Assembly: GCA_943704425.1 (NCBI GenBank)
Contig: CALSCP010000216.1
Location: 1 to 64,000 of the forward strand
Source: Ministeria vibrans ATCC 50519
Taxonomy: Eukaryota > Protista > Filasterea
Length of the DNA: 64,000 nt
Direction of reading: 5' to 3'
The translations under genes and the position numbers were made by a program. The notes under the pieces were generated by a model. It was not told where the DNA came from, searched no databases, and saw nothing but the letters and a program-made list of their open reading frames with translations. This document shows, piece after piece, positions 39,962 through 51,152 of the stretch. Every line of letters starts with the position of its first letter. Within the stretch, counting starts at the first letter, position 1.

Positions 39962-40298
39962 CTCCGCCTTGCGACACGCTGACGTGCGATTTCGTCGGAA
40001 CAGCCTATGCCGACGTACCAACGCGCCTCTCTCCCCTCCCCTGACATACCGTTGACCGCCCTCCTTCTTTCTTTGCAGAGCAATGGGACGCAATGTCAAG
40101 CGGGCTCGTCCAACACCTACTTACAGATCGTGCCTGCGTCCGCATGTGCTCTCGGCGGCGCCAACGTACACGAGTCTCCCTTTCTTGCCAGTGAGAACCT
40201 TCTCAGGGTACGTACTATCATTTTTGTTCTCTGTCCACTAATAATAATATTTTATTGTTATTATTGTTATGTTATTATTATTATTTTTATTATTATTA

Positions 40299-40333
<35 letters not shown>

Positions 40334-41070
40334 AAATATAATAACAATAGTAACTATTTCGTTTGGAAGTCTACGGCGGAAGTATTGTTCTGCTCTTTGT
40401 TTTTTGTTTTGACATTGAGTACAGCTCTTGATTCTCTATTAATTCTTTTTCTTCTTATCATTTTTTTCTTCTTCTTTTATCTGCGCAGATGAACACGTCA
40501 AGTGTCGCCTGTGGATTGGCCGACAACAATGCTCAGACCTCTGGCGTCACTCTTGAATTTATTAACTCCGACTCGTCGTGTACACCCACTCCCATTGCAC
40601 GAGACAACGTACAAGCCAAATCACAACAGTGCTCCAACTCAAACACTCTTGTTGTCTTGTCTCTCTCACGCAACCTCACTAGGCTGCATACACATGTAGC
40701 GTCAACGGCCAAGACGTCAGCTTTGTTCAGTGGAACTCGACGTGTGTGGGTGCACCCACGTCGTTTGCCAAGTACACGCTCGGCGTGTGCAACCAGGACG
40801 AGCTCTCCCACTCGTTTGAATTCCTTGACAACCTTCCTTGTGTGCCGCTCCACATTGAAAACAAACCTGAAGAGGTAAGGAAAAAAGCCTTCCCCTCTTC
40901 CCGAATACTCTTCCGTGCTGGTTATGACTGTGGATGTGCAATTTCAGGTGAAGCGTACTGTAGCGATTGCCTTGAGCGCAACCATCATCGTGGTGTCGTG
41001 TGCCGTCGTTGTGCTTGGTGTGTACTACCGCAGGGGCCACGGTGGATATGCCTCTCTCTCCGCAAAGTGA
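39962..41070 (+). CDS. 3' portion of a type I membrane protein (Cys-containing ectodomain, one TM, short tail with YASL); 5' exons not found
   Basis: Spliced exons APPCDTLTCDFVGTAYAD|SNGTQC..., then VAIALSATIIVVSCAVVVLGVYYRRGHGGYASLSAK-stop at 41070. No start codon or signal peptide upstream. Confidence 0.6.
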
Positions 41071-41506
41071 TATTTCTTCTCTTCGACTTTCTACTGTACA
41101 CATATCAATGCATCGAATATTTTTATAATATAATAATAATAATATAATTATAATAATAATTATTTTTCTTTAATAATAACAATTACTATTATTATGATAC
41201 TACATTTTTTTTGGTCAAAGCGAGTCACTTACTTGGCAGTTGGCTCTAGTGAAAGTTTGATTCTGAAAATGATGGGAACAATAAATATATTATTGAGTAT
41301 GAAAGAATTAATATATTATAAAGTTCACTCAAGTAGACCATATTCAAGAAAGAGTGACATGCAATACTTCCGCTATAGTAAACATTAGGAAAAATATAAG
41401 CTGATGGGTTCAGCAAAATGAACATCATTCTCAGTTGAAGCAAAATATTTATGTTCTTCCAAATGACTTTGGAATTCTTTTGTATGTGTTTGCTCTTTAT
41501 TATTAT

Positions 41507-42786
41507 TTAGTCTCGCACAAGTTTGATGGGAAAATTCTCAGTTACCAAATGGCCATCTTGAAACACAACGACCACATTCACCTCAAACTCAACCTTGAAC
41601 GACTACAAAGCATACATACAGTCAGTCATACGTAGATTTAGTGCGTGCGTGAGAGAGTAAGATGTATGTTATGTGCGACAGCATGTTTCATGTACCTTTG
41701 TTGCGAGAGTGGGACAGGTAAAGAGGCGCGGGAAAATCATGTAAATGGGAATGGCCATTTTGGGAGCAACATTACCATCACCTAACACATCACAATACAC
41801 AATGAGTGACCATTGCATAATAAGTGAAAGCTTATAACACAACATGAAGTGACAAAAAAAAAAGATTATACCAATCTGAATGTTCTGGATCTCCGTTGCG
41901 TCCTTTGCATATCCCTCTGCACACCCACACGTCTCCACACGCACCAACTGCAGCTCAATCGACTTGATGGTTGCCTCACTCTCTTCCACTGTGATCTCCC
42001 CTGCCAAACACATTAATTTTAATCAGGCGACGTTCTCCCTCTGAATCTTTCTCTTTCGTACCCACAAACGGCTGTTCTATCGAACAAACTGCTGACTCGA
42101 GTTTTCCCGACAATTTAAACTTTGGAATTCGATCGCGCTAAAACGAGAGGTTATAACCGCACACTCACCTTTATTATTATTATTTTATTATTATTACCTG
42201 CTTGACATTTTCGAGGTTTTCAGGACTAACCGTAAACTCGACAGGTTGCGTTGAGTGTTTCTGAGCCGATTTCTAAAAACACACGAAAATAAATATCACA
42301 ATACTTTCACATGGACAAACACACACACTCTCTCTTTCACTCGGGTTCATTTGTGTTACTTTGTATTCCACTTTGAATTTGACTTCGTTTGCAAGATCTT
42401 TGCTCAACATTGAGCGTTTCATTTCTGCTCGAATCTAAAATACATAAAAACCGTTTCAGTAGCATATGTGTTTCTCACTCTTTCCGTCTCTGCTTTACTT
42501 TGTATGTGATGTTGACAAACACTCCGTGGTATGTTTCGTAGAGCTGAAGACCACTTTTGGCCTTGAGAGGAATTTCAAAGGGAAGTTCGGTCCGACCACC
42601 TAACAAAACAACAACAGTTCATCGTCCGACTGTCTTTTGGCAGTCCTAATTCTTAATTTTTACCGGGCAATCGACCGGGACGGGCGACGTCGGCACTGTA
42701 GCTCATGAGCTGAATAGGCTTGATGCTGTTGTAGAACGCTTCAAACATCCCCACACTCTTGGCGGACAGTTGCAGGTTCACAATGC

Positions 42787-42820
<34 letters not shown>

Positions 42821-43400
42821 TGTGTGTTGTGACATTACATCAGTGAGTAGAACATTCAACTCGAATTCCTTCGCCCCCATCTCGTTTCGCAACCACATAC
42901 TCAACATGCACTTGAAAAAGCACCATCCGGTGCACAGACACCCCGCCAGAGGTGCCTTGTAAATGCCCCAAAAGGGACGCAAGTTGGAACGCAACCCTGT
43001 TTGGGCGCATCCTCGCCCAATGCGGCATGCCCGCACTGCAATTTCATGCGTAACACACTCCCATACACACTCTCAGTAGTCTCTCACAACTTGAAAGCGC
43101 CGCGCAAGCCTCTCTTTGTCAGGGTTTGCAAGAAAAAGAGAGACAGAGAGAAAAAAAAAAGGGATTTTTACCTCAAGGCTCAATTTGATACCCTGATGGG
43201 CAATATCACCCATACTGGTCACCACCACCACTCCACTGATGACTTCCTATCCCCGGAGAGCGCGTGTGCGGGTGGGAGAGAGAGCGAGAGGGACAGACAG
43301 AGGAGAGAGAGTGAGTTGATGTCAAAATGGCTGACCCACAACGCTGTACCCCTTCATAGTAGACTTTGTCCGGCCTTTTCAATCTGATTTCCAACGACAT
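41507..43400 (-). CDS. VPS26C: Retriever subunit VPS26C (DSCR3)
   Basis: MSLEIRLKRPDKVYYEG, NLQLSAKSVGMFEAFYNSIKPIQL, LYETYHGVFVNI, IELQLVRVETCGCAEGY, PIYMIFPRLFTCPTL, TENFPIKL. Confidence 0.96.
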
Positions 43401-43515
43401 GCTGCACTAAGATGGGCTAAACACGAAAAAGAATAGTTGATTAGACTTTTTATTTTACTTGACTGTCTTGACTTGACACTTTAACAGACAACTTTATTTT
43501 TAGACAACCACTAGC

Positions 43516-43590
43516 ATGAACCAACTTATGACCCCGTCCGCGGCGGACGCGGGTCTTTGGCAGGTGCGACATTTTTGTCCTCTCTTCTCT

Positions 43591-43626
<36 letters not shown>

Positions 43627-46600
43627 CTTCTCTTTCCTTCTCTCTCTCCCCCCTCTTATCCCCTCTTCTTTCACGTTCACACTCAATACGCAACGTATTG
43701 CCACACGTCCGCCGCTCTCAAAAGGACTTATCCACGTCATTCTCACACTCGTCGACCTTTTTTTTTGTTTCCTTCTCTTCTCTCTCTGTCTCTCTGTCTC
43801 TCTCTCGCTCTCCTAGTTGCTTTTGGTCAACGACAGCCACGGAAGGTTGCGCGATGCTCGGGAACGCCTTAAGCTTGGCTCGGCCTCGGGAGACTTTCCT
43901 TTGCGCGGTCGTTTCTTGTCGCATTGGTTGCGCCACCGAACTCTCGTCCAGTGTGTCGTCGCCTTCAGTCTGATGGCGCTCTTCTCCGCGTCGCTCATGA
44001 CCAACCTCAATGTGCTGCCCAACGACCGCTTTTTCGACAGCGACGAAGCCTGGTTCAACCACACGACCAAACGGTTGCTCAAGGAGGACCACCAGGCCTT
44101 TGGCGTGTGCTCTGGCCAGCCCGAGCGGCCCACCATCCGCTGGACGGTGTGGCCCATGTCCATGCTTAATGGCGAGGCCAACGTGAGCATGTGCGAGCCC
44201 GATTGGGACGATGTCTTTGAGAGTGCCATTCTCTTTGAGCAAATCTCGGCACAGAAAACGGCCGCAGATCAGGTGCCGTTTCGCCGCGACCTGAACACGA
44301 CCGTCACGCGTCTGCTTGCACATCCTTTTACTCGATCGGAGGTCTCCTTTTTCTTGGATAAAGCGTCGGGTGCAATGAAGGCGGCACGCTCGAGTACGGC
44401 AATTCTCGAGCTACGGCGGCGTCCCGTTCAAATAGCCTTTGCCCTGCTGCTTGCCCTTGCGTTTGTCTATGCCATTGGCGAGATTACTCGAACACGAACA
44501 TTTGAGCGCTATGTCAGTGCCGGACCGCGCAGTTTACGTCGTGTGTTTATAGCGTCTAGTTCGCGACCCGGTGCCTCCGCACCCTCGCTCAACTCGGCCA
44601 TGTCCAAGCACGGCAGTGGCTCGTCCCTCTACTCCAACGACAGCAACTATCACGGCGGCTCTACCTCTAGCATCACCGGTACCAGCAGTGTGCGTCGTGG
44701 CAATAGCAGCGGCAGCAACATTATCAACACAACAAACAACTCAAGTACAACGGACGACAGCGCACACGCAAAACCACATCACGGAGGTGGGGCGGCCACA
44801 TCACGACACAGCAGCTGGCCATGGTTACTCCTGTGGATTCCCGCTCTGATTGCACGAAGTGGCATCGTCATGGGTAGTAATCGCAGCGACTCGAGTCGAC
44901 GGCACTTTAGCATGGGTGCGCGTCAGAGCAACGCCGCCGCCTTGCTCGCGTCCCATCGACGGGCGCATGCCATGAGCACCTGGTACCGTGCTGAGTTTGA
45001 TGCCTTCCTTGGTTGTGTCGCCTTTTTCCTGGATCACGCCGCGCCCCTTGCCTGTGCCTTCTTTGGCACTTACACTGGCTTGCTCTGGTCGGGCTCGTGG
45101 TCCCATTGGGACTTTGGCTATGCCATGCCCGCCGGTCTCTTTCTTGCCACTCTGCCGCTCATGGCACTCACCCGTGGCCAGATTGCCGCCATGGGTCTTG
45201 TGGCGGCGGCCCTTTCGCCGGCCGTTGATGCGCCCAATTACGGACACTTCTTCTTCCCACTCGCAGGTGTGCTGTTTCTTCTGCTTGTGGCCATCACCGG
45301 CGGCGAAGTGCGGCGTGTCGTCACCAACAGTCTGCTGGGTGGCTCAGTGGGCTTTGCCGTCATGATTATTGACGTTGTCACGAGCGAAATGGGCAAAAGC
45401 TCAATGAGCTGGTGGTACTCGACGAACGCAGCAGTGATTGCTTTGACCCTCATCTTTGTCATTGATGCGCTGCTCTTTGTGCTTCACTCTAATTTGGTGG
45501 CACCTGTGCTAGGCGAGCCACTCAACTCAAGCATTGCCATTGGCGCCCTTCAGTTGTTCATGGCGTTTCTCGAGACACGCGAGGGATCCCCTGCTTACTT
45601 TCAGATGGTAGTCGATGCGTGTCGTGTAGTGGCGACGCCCCTGACCTTTTACGGCGCTCATTTGGTGCTGGGCGTTCTTGTCATTGCCGTTGTGCTCGCG
45701 GGGTTTCTGCTCATCTTTCGCTTCACACGCAACTTCACTGAACTGGACTTGACCATGACTGGCATTATGACACGCTGGTCGTGCACCGGCACGGCAGGGT
45801 TTCACCTCGCACTGCACTTTCTCATGCGATGCGGACCATTATTTCCCGTGTCACTCGCACTCACCGCCTGTCTGTGGGTGTACATGCGTGTCGATCCGTA
45901 CCGTGCACAGATTGCCGAACAGGTGAAGGACGCCGAAGGAGGCGACACGCCTCTGCATGTGCTGGTGCGTCGACGCGACTGGCCTGCTGTCACCGTGCTT
46001 GTAGAGGCGGGCGTCGACGTGTCGCGACGCAACGGACGTGGATTTCTTGCTCACGACATGGCCAGCGATGATGCGACGGGCGACGTGGCGCCACCCGAGG
46101 TGCTGCGGCTGCTGGAGACCAAAAAAATGCAGGAGGCACGCGAAAAGCGTGAATTGCGTGAGATTACAGCACAGCAGGCCGAAGAGGCGGCACGACAAAC
46201 GGCAGCGGCTGCGGTGCAGGCAAATGAGTTACAGGAGCGTAAGGAGCGAGCACAACGCAAGAAACAGGAGGCAGCGGTGGCCGCGCAGGCTGCCAAGCAG
46301 GCTCGCAAAGAGGAACGACAGCGTAAGGAGCGCGAACGAAAGGAGCGCGAGAAGGCAGAGAGGGAGCGGAGGCAATTGGAGAAGAAGGAGGAGGAGGAAG
46401 AGGAGAGGGCGGCGGTGGAGGAGGAGGAGGAGAGGGGGGAAGAAGCGGGACCCTCTGGTGTGGTAGAGTCTAATGAGACACGTGGGCGTGAGAAGGACGA
46501 GGGGGAAAAGGTAACGGGGGAAGAAGAGAACGCAATAAGAAGAGCCGCAGCCATGGCCAAACAAGATGAGGAGACCTCACTGGAGGTTGTAAGGTCAACG

Positions 46601-47632
46601 GAAGCCGAACCGGCGCAGGCACATAAATTGACGCGGGATGGAGCGGGCGTGACCAGCACTGACACGTGGGGTGCAGAGGAAGATGCAATTTTGTCGGCGG
46701 TTGCACATAATCGGGTACGTATTAATTATGATGATAAGTTTAATATTGTACTGATCTTGTACTGTTGTTTTTCAGCTTGACATTGAGCGAGTATCAGAGG
46801 TGGGATCGATTCTAACGGAAGACGCTGAGAGCGAAGAAGAAGAGGACGACGACGACGATGACGACGAAGAGGAAGGGGAAGAACACGATGATGAAAACGG
46901 CGATGAAGAGAAGGAGGAGGAGGATGGGTTAGAAAAAAGGAGTATGATGTTGGAGCGAGAGACCACGTTGGTGGTGGGAGAGCGCATTACGAAGAGTGGG
47001 GGTGTGGTGGGAGCACTGCCGCACGGAATTCCAGTGAGTGCGAGCAGTGCTGTGTCTACTGGTGCGAGTGGGAGTGGCGATCCTGAGTTGCGAAGGGCAC
47101 TACAGCGCATTACCGAACTGGAGATGCAATTGGAGTATTCAGAGAGAGTGCAATTGGCGGCAGCAGCCAAGAAGCAACGTGAAGTGGACGAGGTAAGAAG
47201 AGACAGAGAGAGAGAGAGTTCAAGAGAGAGAGGAGGGAGAAAGAAACAAAGTGATAGAGAGAAGGAGAAAGAAACAACGTGATCGAGTGAGAGAGGAGGG
47301 AAAAAGAACAACGTGAGACAGTTGTAGGGTGTGTGCAATTAATAATTATTATAATATTAATATTACGTCTTTTTATTGTTATTATTTTGTTGTAGGAGAC
47401 GATGTGTGTGTTGTGTATGTCGGGAAAACGTGAAGTGGCTGTGCTTTCATGTGGGCATTTGTGTATGTGTACGCGCTGCTCGTTCTCCTTTAACGAAGGT
47501 ACGGAATTCTTCACCCTCGTTTGTGTGTGTGTGTCTAACTTATTGTCTCCACGCTTAGCCTCTTGTCCGCTGTGCTATGAAGATGTCGTTGCGAGTGTGC
47601 GCATCTTTTGTCACTGCAATGCCGATGAGTGA
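43516..47632 (+). CDS. Multi-pass membrane protein with ankyrin repeat, coiled coil and C-terminal C3HC4 RING (putative E3 ligase)
   Basis: About 12 hydrophobic segments; GDTPLHVLVRRRDWPAVTVLVEAGVDV; E/K/R-rich coil; CVLCMSGKREVAVLSCGHLCMCTRC...CPLC. Confidence 0.75.
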
Positions 47633-47975
47633 TGAAGAAGGATTGGAAGAGGGAAGGAAGAGGGAGCTGTCATAGTAGTTGAAACTTGAATGTGAATAAA
47701 TCTTTTGGGGTTTTTTTGCAATGGGATCAACATAAAAGAGACGAGAAGAAAACGACAGAAATGAAAACCGCTATAAGATTACTCTACAAGATCTACCTCC
47801 TTCTTTTGTGCGTCTGCGCATTCCTCCGAATTTTAAGTCGATTCAATCATTGAAATGATTCAGATTTCTTTCTTTGTCACTGGGACAGAGCTGGGGATCT
47901 TCGACACGTACCTTTAGAGAGCCACGATAGTCTCGACTCAAACTTGACATTTGTACAGTCGACTTTTCGTTGAAA

Positions 47976-48894
47976 ATGAGTGGTAATTATATACTCTCTC
48001 TCATTCTCTCTCATTCTCTCATTCTCTCATTCTCTCATTCTCTCTCGCGCCTCTTTTCTCACGCTCCTCCTTGTAGACTCATCAACTTTCAATGACAGTG
48101 CAACGGCAACGGCGACTGAGAGTACGGAAATGGCTCATTGTCTTATCTCTACGTCGTTTTTTTTTTGACTATGAAAATCACTTTCCGCTATTGATTTAGT
48201 CACGAGCCTGGCCACGCAAGTCGACGCATCACTGAGGCTGTCTACGGTCGACGAGTGTCCGATCTGTCTCGATGAGTTTAGCGATCCAGTCACTTGTCCG
48301 TGCGGTCACAAGTTCTGCTTCCTCTGCATCAAAGGGACCGCACAGCACACCGAGGCGTGCGCCCTCTGCCGCGCCTCCATCCCCGAAGAGTTCTTCAAGA
48401 AGATTCCTATGCGGACCGAGGCGAATTCCGCCGACGAGACGGTACGCGACGCACTCGCTCTGACGGACTCGCTGTCAATGCACCCCTGCCTGACCCTCTC
48501 TCTGTAGACGACAGACACACCGCAGAAAAAGGTGTTCTGGTATTACGAAGGCCGCAATGGCTGGTGGGAGTACGACACACGTACAGTGGAGACCCTGGAG
48601 AGTGCCTTTCAGAAGGGCGACGACTCTGTAGACGTTCTCATTGCCGGACATATGTACCATGTTGATTTCAAGGTGAGAGAGCCTCAACCTTGCTTGTCTT
48701 CTTTCTCATTCTGTTCTCCAACCAACTCTCTTTGTGAGCAGAAAATGCTTCAAGCTCGCAAAACAGATCGACACAAGGTGCGCAAGGTTAAGCGAGAGAC
48801 GACCAACAGCATCCACGCCAAAGGAGTGGCGGGCATTCCGTCTGCGTCGCCCCCCTCGTCGTCAGCCTCGTCGACTCCCGCTACCGACCAGTAG
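47976..48894 (+). CDS. RNF146: RING-WWE poly(ADP-ribose)-dependent E3 ligase (Iduna)
   Basis: ECPICLDEFSDPVTCPCGHKFCFLCIKG...CALCRASIPEEF; WWE domain WYYEGRNGWWEYD...LIAGHMYHVDF...RKVKRE...KGVAGI. Confidence 0.9.
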
Positions 48895-49167
48895 TCTTGC
48901 CTGTCTGTGGCGTATGATTTGTACAAACTCCCACCATAATAATAACATTCATAATTTTATTATTATTGATAATAATATTAATATTATTGCTTTGTTATGA
49001 TAATAATTATTACTAATTTATTCGTCACACAAAACTCCTCACTCTGACTTCTGAGTCTTCAGCGGCACTCCAGCGTCGAGCGCTTCTCGAATTCTTAGGA
49101 GTTGATCATTTTTCACCATTTAGTCGGAAATCGCAAAATGAAATTATAAAATCATTAGANNNNNNNN

Positions 49168-49575
<408 letters not shown>

Positions 49576-49626
49576 AGACAGCCATACAAAAATAATAATA
49601 ATGTTAAAACTACTTTGTCCTCTTAC

Positions 49627-50524
49627 GTCGCAAACGTTCTTCCACGACCACTTGGCGAGCGGGTTGAATGTCTGCTTGCCGGCCTCAAACACGTCGAGCT
49701 CGACACGCTTGTTGCCCTGGTCGCAACGACGACCGGTGATGGTGACGGCAGCGTCGGCCGCCTTGAGTGATCGCTCCATCGGCGCAATTTTGCTAAACTT
49801 GTCAAAGTCGGCATCCTTGAGCTCCACCGGGAAGCCGTACTTCTTGACGAAATCCTCGCGCGTCTCGCACCCCTCAGGCTTGTTGATGATGTACTTGAAG
49901 TCAGCGTAGCGCTGTTGCATCTCCGCGGCGACTTCCAGAGTCTCGGGGAAGAGATGAAGAGTGTCGACGGCAGCCTATGAGAAACGTGATCGATTCGGTG
50001 AGGAAAAAAAAACCATGATCAACCCACGAAGGTAAAAAAGAGCACAGAATCAGAGTGGCAGACGGGTGGGTCGCGTTAAGAACTTTCCACAGAGGTGTGT
50101 GGTGAGCGGGAGTTGGCAATTGGTTGGGTGTAGGCGGTGGTAGGAGTCGACACGTGAAAAAGGTAAAAGGTGCACTGTTCGACGTGTTCAGAGACCCTGG
50201 CAAGAATACGCAACGCGAGCAGTCGGATACGACAGTGTACAGCGGTTCAAGTGATATCGGCGTGACGGCAAGGCAAACAAACGCCAGCAAGGTGGTCGTT
50301 GTGACACTCAGATGACAGGGGAAAAAAAAACCGACTAAACCACTATCACGCATTTACAAGCACCACGAGTCGGTATACGGCAAGCGCACCCAACCAAAAC
50401 ACACACGTGATGGACGCATGTGTCGTGGACCAGACGACGCTCGCGTACACAAGGAGCACAGTGTTGCACAAGTGAAAAGCGGCATTTTCCTTTTTTTTTT
50501 TTTTTTTTTTTTTTTTGCACTCTC

Positions 50525-50555
<31 letters not shown>

Positions 50556-50772
50556 TTTGACGTACCACTGTGGGGCGCACGTTGGTGTAGCGCGCGAAAA
50601 GGTCCTGGATGGTAATGTCGGAGATGAGCCAGGCGGAGGCAATGACCACCTTGGACGACTCAATGCCATTCAGGTGAGTGGCAACGTCCTTTTGAAAGTC
50701 GGCCACGAGCGAGTCGAGCGTCGCGTCGCTGGCCGATGAGGAGCCAACAAGAGTCATGGGAGACGGAGGCAT
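49627..50772 (-). CDS. APS/PAPS reductase (CysH/MET16 family, no CC Fe-S motif); 3' exons lost in the gap at ~49160
   Basis: VDTLHLFPET, DFDKFSKIAPMERSL, ITGRRCDQG, NPLAKWSW. The C-terminal ECG-H motif is not visible. Confidence 0.85.
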
Positions 50773-51152
50773 GGCGGAAAAGTGCGTGTTGGAAAGAGGT
50801 GAATAAAAGTTAATTTGGAATTTTGGATTTTGAAATTGATTTTGGAGCTTCTCTACATGTCGAGCTTGAGGCCAAAAGCGCCTTTGAACACGATAAAATA
50901 TCAGACTCGACGCCTATCAATCATGTATCGATGGGCGTGTGCGGCCAAATGGCTGCCAGGGAAGCGACTAGAGATGCGCCCAGAGTGCCGGTCGTGACAA
51001 CAAAAATGAGCAGCCAATGAAATGCACGGAAACTTTTCGCGCAAATGCCGATTTCGCCGCAATTGCAAAATGGGGCGCATTCCACCGTTGCCTGGTTATC
51101 ATTCTCTTTTAGACGTCTCTCCCCCGACCACTCCCCTTTACCTTTCTCCATC
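50773..51152. promoter_or_regulatory. Putative bidirectional promoter between APS/PAPS reductase and sulfite reductase
   Basis: 380 bp between divergent starts of consecutive sulfate-assimilation enzymes; contains CCAAT and CGTGA. Confidence 0.6.

Noticed and set aside
39807-41070. In-frame chimera of PC 5' exons with the membrane-protein exon at 39962 (both phase 1)
   Set aside because: A phase match has a one-in-three chance, the product would be a truncated BC domain, and the true PC continuation exists at 54340.
49030-49105. Short minus-strand segment (IREALDAGVPLKTQKSE-stop) as the last exon of APS reductase
   Set aside because: It is separated from the gene by an assembly gap and lacks the ECG-H motif, so it cannot be assigned.
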